The notes under the pieces are model-generated. The model was given only the letters and a program-made list of their open reading frames with translations, did not search any database and had not been told where the DNA came from. DNA of 64,000 nucleotides from Heptranchias perlo. Taxonomy: Eukaryota. The position numbers and the translations under genes were made by a program. The stretch covers positions 35,836,001 to 35,900,000 of the forward strand of contig NC_090350.1 in the NCBI RefSeq assembly GCF_035084215.1. Direction: 5' to 3'. Numbering within the stretch: position 1 is the first letter of the stretch; each line of letters begins with the position of its first letter. Of this stretch, positions 48,062 to 60,039 are shown piece by piece.

Positions 48062-49016
48062 AGGATTTTAACATTGGCAAAAGAGCCAGAGGTGAGATGA
48101 GAATTTTTTTTTTAACGCAACGAGTTGTTATGATCTGGAGTGCACTGCCTGAAAGGGTGTTGAAAGCAGATTAATAATAACTTTCAAAAGGGAATTGGAT
48201 ATATACTTGAAGGGGAAAAATTTGCAGGGCTGTGGGAAAAGAGCAGGGGTGTGGGACTAATTGGATAGCTCTTTCGTGGGAACATAGGAACAGGATTAGG
48301 CCATTCAGCCCTTCGAGCCTGTTCCGCCATTCAATGAGATCATGGTTGATCTGTATGCTAACCCCATCCACCCACTTTGGCTCCATACCACTTAATACCC
48401 TTGGCAAGCAAAAATCTATCTATCTCAGATTTAAAATTATTAATTGAGCTAGCATCCACTGCTTTTAATCGGAGAGAATTCCACACTTCTACCACCCTTT
48501 GCATGAAGAAGTGTTTCCTAACTTCACTCCTGAAGGACCTGGCTCTGATTTTAAGATTATGTCCCACCAGCGGAAGAAGTTTTTTTTAATCTACCCTTTC
48601 AATTCCTTTCAAAATCCTAAAAACCTAAATCAAATCTCCCCTGAACCTTCTATACTCCAGGGAATACAAACCGAGTTTGTGTAATCTCCCCTTATAATCT
48701 AACCCTTGGAGCCCTGGTAACATTCTGGTGAATCTGCGCTGCACTCCTTCCAAGGCCAATATATCCTTTCTAAGGTGCGGTGCCCAGAACTGTACACAGT
48801 ACTCCAGATGTGGTCTAACCAGGGCTTTGTATAGCTGTAGTAAAACTTCCTCCCCTTTATATTCTAGCCCTCTAGTTATAAAGGCTAACATTCCATTAGC
48901 CTTTTCTATTAGCTTTTGTACCTGACTACTACAATTTAGTGATCTGTGTACAAAGAGCCAGCACAGGCATGATGGGCCGAATGGCCTCTTTCTGTGCTGT
49001 ATGATTCTATGGTTCT
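48062..49016. mobile_element. CR1 3' end (+) interrupted by a second CR1 subfamily copy (-, ~48279-48950)
   Basis: Host reads ...ttggatagctctttc | aaagagccagcac..., contiguous in the copy at 55740-55770; the insert encodes KANGMLAFI...LVRPHLEYCVQFWAP on the minus strand. Confidence 0.88.
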
Positions 49017-50183
49017 GTGCTAACATGTTGACTTTTAACCACTAAATTTCCTACAGCATTGTTTATTGTCAGTTGATGAATATAAGCTTTTTATAGATAC
49101 AAGATGGCAACAGAGTTGGGAGAAATACTTCAGAAACTCGCTCTATAGGGTGATCCAATAGCCAGAGCCTGTGACTACATTGTGACGGTTGACGTAGCAA
49201 AATTGAAAGGGAAGTGTTGACGTAGCAATTTACAATGGTAAATTTTAATCCTAAAGCATAACCAAAAACCGTGACAAGAAGAAGTAAAGTTTAGGGACAG
49301 TAAGTCCACACCCTATGCAAGATGTTTAATAATATATAGATATAATAGTTGACTAGCATCCAAGTTGAATGATTGAATATTAATTCTAAGAATATGCAAA
49401 CACAGACAGTTCACATGATGTAGTGTGAATTCCAAGTTTTTTTGCAGTGATTGTTTCGGGTGATAAGAGTAGGCTTCACTACGAGTTACTTAGCTGGTCT
49501 CTGCTGCCTCAATGCTGGCTATGAGCACGTTACTAGTAAGCGTGTCAGCAAGGGCATAACTAGGAGCTTGCAGAACCAGTCCAAACAGGGACACATTTTT
49601 TGTAAATTATTTTACAGCTGCCTGCTATGAACTGGCAAAATGAGTCCAGCGTGATTGACTTAATAGTTTTAGTCTCTCCCTCCTGTAGAAGATCTGGTGG
49701 TTGTGATCCTGAACTAACTGTTTAAAGAACTGCAGGCGTCAACTTATGTCTAACTCTATGGTATCCTTAAAAGGGCATCATCTTTGTGAAAAAGAAAAAC
49801 CTCATAAGCGCCCAAATGAAATAGTATAAATTGCATCAACCTCCTTGTTGTCTGATTTGCATGTGACAATCTATTTTCATCATGGCTCTCTCTCTCTTAT
49901 CCAACATTAAAAGCTTTGCCGAAACCTATTTTTGTCCATGAAGACAGTGCTCCTTTAGAGTGCTATCTTTAAGCAATGTAAGATTTGTACTAGAGACAAT
50001 CCTGTTAAAAAATCATCACATTATGGTGAGGTGAACTGTGTGTCTTTGAACTATTCAAGGTAACAGTTTTTCTGGTTGTGGTCCAATATCTTTCAGGCTG
50101 GTCACGCACACTAATACACTTCAGACATTTACATTTCATGCTCATTCTGCTGCTAAGAGTCACTGTTTGTAGTTGCCACGTAC

Positions 50184-50281
50184 CTGGAAACACCTCTTGT
50201 ATCAGATGGGTTAAGTTGCCTATTATTCGCATCACTGCATCTTCACCAAGCTTCTCATCAGCGACGTGAGGAGTGTCATCA
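50184..50281 (-). CDS. SMPDL3B: SMPDL3B exon 3
   Basis: attcag|T GAT...CCA G|gtacgt; encodes DDTPHVADEKLGEDAVMRIIGNLTHLIQEVFP and completes the WTGDD motif. Confidence 0.96.
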
Positions 50282-51099
50282 CTGAATGTTCCATGAAGAA
50301 CAAAGGAATTAATTTCTAGGAAGAGTAGGTCCACATTCTTTTACTTGTGCATGAGATTGTGACCTTGACTTATCTTGGGACCACGGTGAGCTTTATTTCC
50401 CACTGCTGGCAGTGTTGCAAGAGCAGATTTTGGGCAGGTTTGTGACGTAAAAGCAGAAGTAGCAGAAATTGCTACTGTAATACAACCTCATTATAACATG
50501 CCATAAACCACAGGCACTGACATAAGGCACACATTTTGCATGATCCCTTGTAAAATAACCCTTGGACAATCTGCTGCCCTTTATAGTGCACAGTTTTTAT
50601 GACTCCACAAATCAGCACTATAAAAGAAGGAAAAGGTTCTGTTATATATTTTATATATAATTATTTTTCTGCTCACGCTTGTATTTTGCGCTGTGACAGA
50701 TTATAGGAGCCATGTAAACACTGAAATTTTAAAAAGTGCAATTTCATATTAAGCAGTATCACAATGAGAGTTTATCATGACAATGTACTTGGACCAAATG
50801 ATGGTGGTGGTATAAATATGCCACAAATTCATCTGCACACTTTCATTTTGAAATGATTTTTTTTCTGTAAACAAGAACTTCTTAACATTATTGGATAGGA
50901 GCCACATAATCCTTAAAGATGTGTAAAAGTGTAGTCGATGCCTGTTTAATGTTCCCGTTGAGGTGGAATGTCTTGATTAAATAGGATACTTCTAGCAACT
51001 TGTCCAAAAACTGAACAAATTTATCCAAGAAGGCAAGTAAGCTTGAGCAACAGTCAAAACTCAAGAACTTCAACTTCTAACTGGGAATCATAGATTTGA

Positions 51100-51817
51100 A
51101 GAAAGGACTTGCCTGTTATCTTCAGGTGTTTCATAGTCAATGAATTACTTCTGAAATTAATTCACTATTGTTACATAGGCAAACACATCAGCCAATTTGT
51201 GCACAGCAAGGTCCCAAAAACAATAAATATGATGTATTACCAGTACCATCTTTTTTGGTGGTGTTAGTTGAGGGAAGAAAGTTGGTCAGACTCAAGGAGA
51301 ACTTCCCGCTTTTTGTCAAATAGTGCCATGCGATCTTTTACATCCACTTGATCTGGCAGATGGGGTTTCAGTTTAACTTCTCATCCAAGAAAACTCTAAA
51401 AATGCAGCACTCCCTCAGTACATATGCCATCTTTCCAATGAGTCGTTAAACCGAGGTCCTGTCTGCTCTCAGGTGGACGTAAAAGATCCCATGGCACTAT
51501 TTCGAAGAAGAGCAGGGGAGTTCTCCCCGATGTCCTGGCCAATCCCTCAACCACCATCATTAAAACAGATTATCTGGCCATTATCACATTGTTGTTTGTG
51601 GGAGCTTGCTGTGCCCAAATTGGCTGCCACATTGCCTACATTACAACAGTGACTACACTTCAAAAGTACTTCATTAACTGTAAAGTGCTTTGGGACGTCC
51701 TGAGGTTGTGAAAGGTGCTATATAAATGCAAGTCTTTCTTTTATGATTAAGCCTTGGCGGGTGGCTTGAACCTACAACCTTCTGATTAAAGGCAAGAGTG
51801 AAACCAATTGAGCTAAA
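51100..51817. mobile_element. DeuSINE (-) with a second DeuSINE (+, ~51440-51745) inserted in opposite orientation
   Basis: Minus-copy tail and body at 51100-51425, its tRNA head at 51750-51817 (reverse complement tagctcaattgg...aggttcaagcc); the plus copy lies between. Confidence 0.78.
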
Positions 51818-51826
51818 TTGGCCATT

Positions 51827-52110
51827 TAGAATCATAGTATCATTACAGCACAGAAGGAGGCCATTCGGTCCATTGAGCCTGTGCTGGCTCTTTGTAAGAG
51901 CAATTCAGTTAGTCCCATTCCCCCGCTCTTTCCCCGTAGCCCTGCAAATTTTTTCTCTTCAAATATTAATCCAATTCCTTTTTGAAAGCCACGATTGAAT
52001 CTGCTTCCACCACCCTTTCAGGCAGCACATTCCAGATCATAACTACTCGCTGCATAAAAAAGTATTTCCTCTTGTTGCCTTTAGTTCTTTTGCCAATCAC
52101 CTTAAATCTG
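51827..52110 (-). mobile_element. CR1 LINE 3' end
   Basis: Near-identical to 41883-42147. Confidence 0.88.
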
Positions 52111-52383
52111 TACGTTCATTTTTAATCATTTTATCCACTCTTTAGAAAAGCTCTGTAGTTGAGCAGTGCAGGGTCACAATGCACTGAGTTTTTAGCAGCA
52201 TATTGTGGTGGGATGTGAGTTTATTTTTAGAGTTCCCCCTTTCACTCACCCACACACAAAGATCTCAGCCAACAAACTGTATGAAAGTGACAAGTAACGG
52301 TCAGGTTCTTCCGCATTTTGAGGGAGGGAATATCAAAGGAAGAGTCGTTATCAGGCTGCTGTCATGTGTCTCTTGGATACTTA

Positions 52384-52501
52384 TGATGTGGAGATGCCGG
52401 TGATGGACTGGGGTGGACAAATGTAAGGAATCTTACAACACCAGGTTATAGTCCAACAGTTTTATTTGAAAATCACAAGCTTTCGGAGATTATCTCCTTC
52501 G
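52384..52501 (-). mobile_element. Penelope-like terminal-repeat fragment (second family) with a truncated hammerhead
   Basis: Homologous to 62304-62403; reverse complement reads CGA-A-GGAG-ataat-CTCC-GAAA-GCTT-GTG, with the CTGA part lost at the minisatellite junction. Confidence 0.65.
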
Positions 52502-54213
52502 TTATACACCCGCCCGTTATACACCCGTCCGTTATACACCCGCCCGTTATACACCCGTCTGTTATACACCCGCCCGTTATGCACCCGCCCGTTATACACC
52601 CAGCCTGCTATACACTTTGCCTGTTATACACCCCACCCATTATACACCCAGCCCGCTATACACCCCACCTGTTATACACCCCACCCATTATACACCCACC
52701 CGTTATACACCCCACCCATTATACACCCACCCGTTATACACCCCACCCATTATACACCCCACCCATTATACACCCCACCCATTATACACCCACCCGTTAT
52801 ACACCCCACCCATTATACACCCCACCCATTATACACCCCACCCATTATACACCCACCCATTATACACCCCACCCATTATACACCCAGCCCGCTATACACC
52901 CCGCCCGTTATACACCCCACCCATTATACACCGCACCCATTATACACCGCACCCATTATACACCCCACCCATTATACACCCCACCCGTTATACACCCCAC
53001 CCATTATACACCGCACCCATTATACATCCCACCCATTATACACCCCACCCGTTATACACCCCACCCGTTATACACCCCACCCATTATACACCCCACCCAT
53101 TATACACCCCGCCCATTATACACCAGCCCGCTATACACCCGCCCATTATACACCCCGCCCATTATACACCCCACCCATTATACACCCCACCCGTTACACA
53201 CCCCACCCATTATACACCCCACCCATTATACACCCCACCCGTTATACACCCCGCCCATTATACACCCCACCCATTATACACCCCACCCATTATACACCCC
53301 ACCCGTTATGCACCCCGCCCATTATACACCCCACCCATTATACACCCCACCCGTTATGCACCCCGCCCATTATACACCCCACTCACTATACACCCCACCC
53401 ATTATACACCGCACCCATTATACACCCCGCCCATTATACACCGCACCCATTATACACCCCACCCGTTATACACCCCACCCGCTATACACCCGCCCATTAT
53501 ACACCCCACCCATTATACACCCCACCCGTTATACACCCCACCCGTTATACACCCCACCCATTATACACCAGCCCGCTATACACCCGCCCATTATACACCC
53601 CGCCCATTATACACCCCACCCATTATACACCCCACCTGTTACACACCCCACCCATTATACACCCCACCCATTATACACCCCACCCGTTATACACCCCGCC
53701 CATTATACACCCCACCCATTATACACCCCACCCGTTACACACCCCACCCATTATACACCCCACCCATTATACACCCCACCCGTTATACACCCCGCCCATT
53801 ATACACCCCACCCATTATACACCCCACCCGTTATACACCCCGCCCATTATACACCCCGCCCATTATACACCCCACCCATTATACACCCCACCCGTTATAC
53901 ACCCCGCCCATTATACACCCCACCCATTATACACCCCACCCATTATACACCCCACCCATTATACACCCCACTCGTTATACACCCCGCCCATTATACACCC
54001 CACCCGTTACACACCCCACCCATTATAACCCCACCCATTATACACCCCACCCGTTATACACCCCGCCCATTATACACCCCACCCATTATACACCCCACCC
54101 GTTATACACCCCACCCGTTATACACCCCACCCATTATACACCCCGCCCATTATACACCCCACCCATTATACACCCCGCCCATTATACACCCCACCCATTA
54201 TACACCCCACCCA
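52500..54213. repeat. Minisatellite, 15-16 bp unit (TTATACACCCCACCCA/G), roughly 105-110 copies
   Basis: Directly visible; it produces three spurious Pro/His/Tyr-rich ORFs. Confidence 0.98.
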
Positions 54214-54332
54214 TTTTCCGATTTTCTTCTCCATTGACTTCAATGAAAAGGAAAATCAGGCAGGGTGTGTAACAAGTGGCCAATCCGTTAACGTCCATTT
54301 TGTGCCCCCGCCAAAGTTAAATTTCACCCCCC
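54198..54332. mobile_element. Centre and right arm of a palindromic MITE
   Basis: ccgattttc...ccattgacttcaatg...gaaaatcagg symmetry; end aaatttcacccc; same design as 57702-57884. Confidence 0.65.
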
Positions 54333-54439
54333 CCCATGTTTGAAAACTTATTCCTGAGGGTGAGTTCCTAATCTCTCTGTACCATCAAGAGGAGACAACA
54401 AGTAGATGGTCCTCCATACAGAGTGAGGAAATGTTCCAC

Positions 54440-54986
54440 CTTTACAACATCACCTTTGACCCACTTCTCCCTCACCACTACCAAAACCCAAATCAATGCC
54501 TTTATCAACTCAAAGTGCAACTTCTCAAATGTTCTTCTTACTGGCCTCCAACCTCCACATTGTACAATTTAGTCAAAGTAATGCAGCCCATTCTTCAGCC
54601 TCATAAGGTCCCGCACCTCTGCCTGCCAGTCTCCATATGCCCCAGTGATTTAATTTTAAGATCCTTGTCTTTGGTTTCAAATCCATCCATGGCCTTGTCC
54701 CATCCTATCTGCGACCTCTTCTAGCTGGACGTGTCTGTGCACCCTCCACTCCAGTCCACACCTTGTCTCGGGCTCCCTCTGCTCATTCAGCCCCTGCCCT
54801 CTGGAACCCCCTCCCTAAACCCTTCCCTGCTTTCATAAGCCTCCTGAAACCCCTTCTCTTTGACTCCATCCTCAACTCCTTTCCTGTTTATCTTTTTTTC
54901 CCCCCTGCTTGGCACTCATTTTTTCCCGCTTTGTTCTGTAAATCTCTTTGAGAGTGAAGAACAGTACTGAAATTTAAGTTGTTGTT
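54440..54986 (+). mobile_element. L2-clade LINE 3' fragment, highly degenerate
   Basis: ttcaaatccatccatggccttg...ctctggaaccccctccctaaaccc...aagttgttgtt. Confidence 0.65.
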
Positions 54987-55164
54987 AATCTCTTTTACCT
55001 TAAATGGGTTAATGCTTCTGTTAAAATAGCAGTGAAATGAATGTCATACAAACTTATTAAGTGCTTGCAGGTTAATATTGTAAAAATTAATAATTTTTCA
55101 GTGTTGCAATAGCAGAACCATTTCTGTGTCATTGGCTCTTCCTGTCACATGATGTGGTAAAGCT

Positions 55165-55824
55165 ACAAGGCTGTTAAAAAAGCATATGGGATCCTAGGCT
55201 TTAATAATAGAGGCATAGAGTACAAAAGCAAGGAAGTTATGCTAAACCTTTATAAAACACTGATTAAGCCGCAGCTGGAGTGTTGTGTTCACTTCTGGGT
55301 ACCACACTTTAAGAAGGATGTCAAGGCCTTAGAGAGGGTGCAGAGGAGATTTACTTGGATGGTAACAGGGATGAGGGACTACAGTTATGTGGAGAGACTG
55401 GAGAAGCTGGGGTTGTTCTTCTTAGAACAGAGATGGTTAAGGGGAGATTTGCTAGAGGTGTTTAAAATCATGAATGGTTTAATAAAGTAAATAAGGAGAA
55501 ATTGTTTCTACTGGCAGAAGGGTCGGTAAAGAAAGGACACAGATTTAAGGTGATTGGAAAAAGAGCCAGAGGCGACAAAAGGAAACATTTTTTTACGCAG
55601 CGAGTTGTAATGATCTGGAATGCACTGCCTGAAAGGGTGGTGGAAGCAGATTCAATAATAACTTTCAAAAGGGAATTGGATAAATACTTGAAGGGAAAAA
55701 TTTACAGGGCTATGGGGAAAGGGCAGGGGAGTGGGACTAATTGGATAGCTCTTTCAAAGAGCCAACACAGACACGATGGGCCGAACAGCCTCCTCCTGTG
55801 CTGTACCCACTATGATACTATGAT
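55165..55824 (+). mobile_element. CR1-clade LINE 3' fragment
   Basis: ORFs MLNLYKTLIKPQLECCVHFW...LERVQRRFT and GHRFKVIGKR...FFTQRVVMIWNALP; (actatgat)n tail. Confidence 0.92.
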
Positions 55825-56582
55825 TACAAGTAACCCTTCATCCTGTCATGCAACAAGTCACACCATCCTTAGAGAAACATCATGGTGGACAGTTGGAGAT
55901 CATGTTAGCTCCAACAGTGAGAGTGGACTTTACAGCAAGGCACTTCCTTGTAGGTTCCAAAAGCTTTCTCCCCTCCTCCTCTCCTTAAGATGCTGGCTCC
56001 TGCTGTAGTACAATTCCAGGGCACTGAGCACCCTTCACTACCATCCATGTGTGGCCATTTTTCAAGTATGTAGATAGTGAGTGGGTTTTAAGCTATTCAA
56101 CCACGGGGGCATAACAGCAAAGCCTCACCCAAAATCTACATAAGAGCATTTTCCATCAGGAGTGAAGCTGCAGGGTGCAATCCAACTGATATTCGTTATA
56201 TTACTGTTAGTTTTATTGAAAGCTTAAATGTATTGGCTTAGACAGGGAAAGGTTACCAGTCCAACAAAAACAATTTTGTTAAAAGGGCTATTTCTTCATT
56301 GGAAAATTTTTCTCAAAATTGTTGTTTACAAAGAAATGATGTAATGAGTTAAACCAGGTTGGCCAACAACACTGCATTAGGTACGAATGACATTATCATG
56401 ATAAAAAATCATGCACTGCTTTTCTTTCTATGCAAAATAATGTTTGCCACACACTATTTTATGAAGGCATCATCCCTTTAATAATTGCGACCTTTGGTAC
56501 CTAATGGGACAATTTCAGCTGACGTTTATTTTGCAATCTAGTTGTTAACTTTTGATTTCCACTGATAGTTCCAAATATTTAC

Positions 56583-56793
56583 CCAGTCCAAAGAATGAAG
56601 TCTGGGTGAGGGTGACGTTCTCTCATGGTATAAATGGACAGGTTGATGAGGTCCCAGTTGGAGTCGCACAGGTAGCTGCCCCATTTCCCTGGATTTGGTA
56701 CAGGTTTAGAAGATGAGGGACACACGGTGTTTGGATTATCTGTCACTTTATAATCAGGGTCCCAGTGAAGATCTGTGATGTGCCAAAAGTAAC
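56583..56793 (-). CDS. SMPDL3B: SMPDL3B exon 2
   Basis: tgtcag|GT TAC...ACT GG|gtaaat; encodes YFWHITDLHWDPDY...CPSS...GKWGSYLCDS...PDFILWTG (DxH motif). Confidence 0.96.
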
Positions 56794-57029
56794 CTGACAA
56801 AGACAAAGATTTACACTGAATTAATATACCCCTTCTCGCTTTCCCACACCACAAGGGCTGTTCTCAATGCAGGAAATCTCAGCAACTACACAACACACCA
56901 GGTCTGTACATTCAGTGACTATTGCACATTTAAATAGCTCCTGAAAAATAACACAGATGAAGCTTGTGCAATCTTTAGGAAAGGCATAGAAGCTCTCTCA
57001 ATCAATCAGCTGTGTAACCGATCCAAACA

Positions 57030-57335
57030 TATCAGAAGGCCTGAGGCCAAATTCCCAGTCCATGTGGAGTTAGCTGGTTTCAGGTGAGGTAATAGTTTGG
57101 CTTCAGTGTCCCTGGGTTAGGGATGGGAAAATCAGCCAGGATTCCTCCTATCTACTGACCCCTGCTGGAAAGTGCACTTGGGTGGACATGGGGAGAGGCC
57201 AGGCTTGGGCTCAGCATTGATGCCTTCTGGCAATAACTGTCTCGCCTCAAATATGAAGGATGGTGACCTTTGGCACGGTGGTACTGTAACTCAGTGAAAA
57301 ACAGTGCCTTCAGGGGAGGAGGGGGAAATATTGCA
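57030..57335 (+). mobile_element. tRNA-derived SINE (AmnSINE2/MamSINE1-like)
   Basis: gagttagctgg...gtccctgggttagggatgggaaaatcagccagg...gacccctgctggaaagtg...gccttcaggggaggaggggg. Confidence 0.55.
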
Positions 57336-57701
57336 GAGGAGAACAGAGAAAAGACAGAGAAAAGTGCTGATTTCCTGTGAATATTCTGTAGGAGCACATC
57401 CTCAAAGAAAAAAAAGCCAAAGTTGTAACATAAGACATAAGCATTAATATGTATTTGTATAGTCTAAAGATATATTTTTTGAATATACATGTAGTTAACT
57501 ATTTTATTGAGAACCCTGAGTGAAAGACCTAGACACACAATGCAAGGGTTGTAGAGATTAGGAAAGAGGACAGGAAATGGGGATAAAGTGACACCAAACG
57601 TGGTTTTCAAAAGCCTGTAGATTGTGGGAGGAAAGAAAGATCGAGGGAGGTGAAGAGTTTCAAAGAGATCCCATGAAAGAATGAGTTAGAGTAGGAGCAA
57701 T

Positions 57702-57884
57702 GGGGTTCATTTTCAGCGTTGCTGCATGGGCAGTAACCTGGCAGAACAGGTCGCCCGCCCTTTATGAAACCCACCCGACTTTTGTTCCATTGATTTCAAC
57801 GGGATGAAAATCGGACGGGTTCTACAACGGGTGAGCGCATTGCGCCAGGGTGCTGCCCAGGCGGCGACGCTGAAAACTACCCCC
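57702..57884. mobile_element. Palindromic (fold-back) MITE, probably Harbinger-related
   Basis: ggggttcattttcagcgttgctgcatgggcagtaacctggc mirrors gccagggtgctgcccaggcggcgacgctgaaaactacccc; centre ccattgatttcaacggg. Confidence 0.75.
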
Positions 57885-58076
57885 AGCGACTCTTGATTGC
57901 AATACAGTGGGAAGGGATGACATGTAAGATGATATATTCCGAGATTAGAAAGAAAAAGAGCACAAAGTGCAGAGGAAGGCTGATCGTTGTCGTCATGCTA
58001 AAATAGATGACTTAATAAGTTGGGTAATTGGAGTTTTCACCCGTGTTTGAATCAAATAACATAAAATTAGCTTTAC

Positions 58077-58137
58077 CTTGCCGGCCGAAAATGATCCCAC
58101 AGTTTGCAATGAAAAGAAGGTAGCTCAGGGATCCCAT
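58077..58137 (-). CDS. SMPDL3B: SMPDL3B exon 1 coding part (signal peptide; not in the ORF track)
   Basis: acaATGG...CAA G|gtaaag; encodes MGSLSYLLFIANCGIIFGRQ(G); phase 1 fits exon 2; the eight exons total 1365 nt (454 aa plus stop). Confidence 0.88.
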
Positions 58138-59004
58138 TGTTACCAGAGCAGCTTGCACACCATTTGCCTATCACTCGGTTGAAATAACGGCCGAAGTCCA
58201 TTTTACTTTTATTGTGGCTCAAAGCAATGCAATTTGATACCCAACCAATATCCTGCCCCGAAAGTCATAAATGTCCTATTGAACTCCAAGATAAAACACA
58301 GTGCAGCTCATTTTCCTCCGACCAGATCCTTACCCCCAGGAAAAGTTAATCTGTGTCCCCACCCAGGTTACTTTCTACGGATTAACAGTGCATTGTTTAC
58401 TGTTGACATGTTTACTGTTGGTGTGCACTGGGTTCAGCTTTGCGCCAATGTTGAAATTGTGGAGTGTAAAATAGAGGGTTGAGCTCATGGTCTCCCAGTA
58501 GGGAGCACATCCCTGGAAATGGTGGGTGTACAGCCCATGATTCTCCATTCACTGTTTTTAATGAGTGGATAATCACGGGCTGTGGGCCATTTTTCTACAT
58601 TAAAGACTCAATGTAAATGCAAGTTGTTGTGGTTGTTATGGGGGATAGCAGTAAGAAGAAAGGAAGAGTCCCTCTCAACACAACCAGCCGCAATTTGGAT
58701 GGAATGAAGGAGTGACGGGATAAACAAAGATCAGTTTGTTGTTCAACTGAAGTTACTGCCGTGGAAAATAATGAAAAGAGGCAACTTTGTTAAGGAAAAA
58801 TAAGATTTTTTATTTTTATCAAAAACATGGAATTATTTTTCAAACTTCACAACTTAGATGACATAACGTCACACACTTGTGATAAAAATAAATTATATCA
58901 ATATGAAAAATAAAAGTTGTTCATTGTTTTTCACAGCAGTAACTTGCGTTAAACAACAAATTGATCTTTGTGGGGTTTTTCTCATTTTGACATAAGGCAA
59001 TGTT

Positions 59005-59142
59005 AGGCAAGGGTATTAAGGGTTACAGAACCAAGGCGGGTAGATGGAGTTAAGATACAGATCAGCCATGATCTAATTGAATGGCGGAACAGGCTCGAGG
59101 GGCTGAATGGCCTATTCCTGTTCCTATGTTCCGATGTTCCCA
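59005..59142 (+). mobile_element. CR1 LINE extreme 3' end
   Basis: agatcagccatgatctaattgaatggcggaacaggctcgaggggctgaatggcctattcctgttcctatgttcc. Confidence 0.85.
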
Positions 59143-60039
59143 TGACATGTAACCAAAATATGTTGATACATCACAAACACAAGAGTAAAGGAAGAATTCT
59201 TCCAGCAGTCCTTCAGTCTTGGGTTCAATAATCTCCTTCAGCTAAAAGGGATGACCAGAACACTGCTTAATGATGTTATTATATTTTCCTAATGTGTTTG
59301 TGCATCTTATGGTCACAGGGCTGAATGGAAAAATAAAGCCATAACTAACCAACTCGGCAAAGATAAAGAAAAATATTTGATAAATCTGTACTGCCCTAAA
59401 GCAGCATTCTGCGAGCAAAGAGACAAGCAAGAAAATAATGATGTTGACCCGCAACAGATGGCATGCCAGTTGACTCAAGAAACTCAGAAGACACTTAACT
59501 CAATGTAATACTTTATTAGTTCTACCCGAACTTAACTAAGCATTACATTCATGGTTAGATATTAATTCTATGACACCTATTCTACTAAAAATTATGAGCT
59601 TTTCTAGCCATTGCACGCTCACAACTCAGGGGCATCTTGCCTGTGATAGGGCAGCCTTGATAGCTCAATGAATTGCTGCTTCAATAATACAATTTTGCAA
59701 CTAGAAGTCCCAGAGGCAATGAAAATACTGGTTTCAGAGTCGATCTGGGCAGTAACATATCACTTGCCACAACAGATCAACTCCCTAATCGTCTGCTGAG
59801 GAACTGCCATGACTCAAGCCATGATTCCCACCCCTGGTGCTACTCAGCCTGTCCAGTTTTTGCTTTGACAACAGGTGGCAACCCGAGATAAGGCAGCTGT
59901 CAGTCACTCATCAATTCTTAATCAGGCTTACTGAGAGTAAAAGTATAAGAATCCTAGTCCATATAAACAAATTCAGGGGAATGGCAAATTGCATTGAGGA
60001 GCAGGATATAGCTAGCGGGAGGGGGAAATAGGTGGGAGA

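Noticed and set aside
49188-49228. 13-bp direct repeat gttgacgtagcaa with CRE-like half sites
   Set aside because: Explained by a small local duplication; no other support for function.
52466-54272. Three overlapping 520-552 aa extensin-like ORFs (LYTPPIIHPTHYTPHP)n
   Set aside because: All three + frames are open only because the 16-bp unit has no stop codon on that strand; the tract is intronic, antisense to SMPDL3B and has no gene structure.
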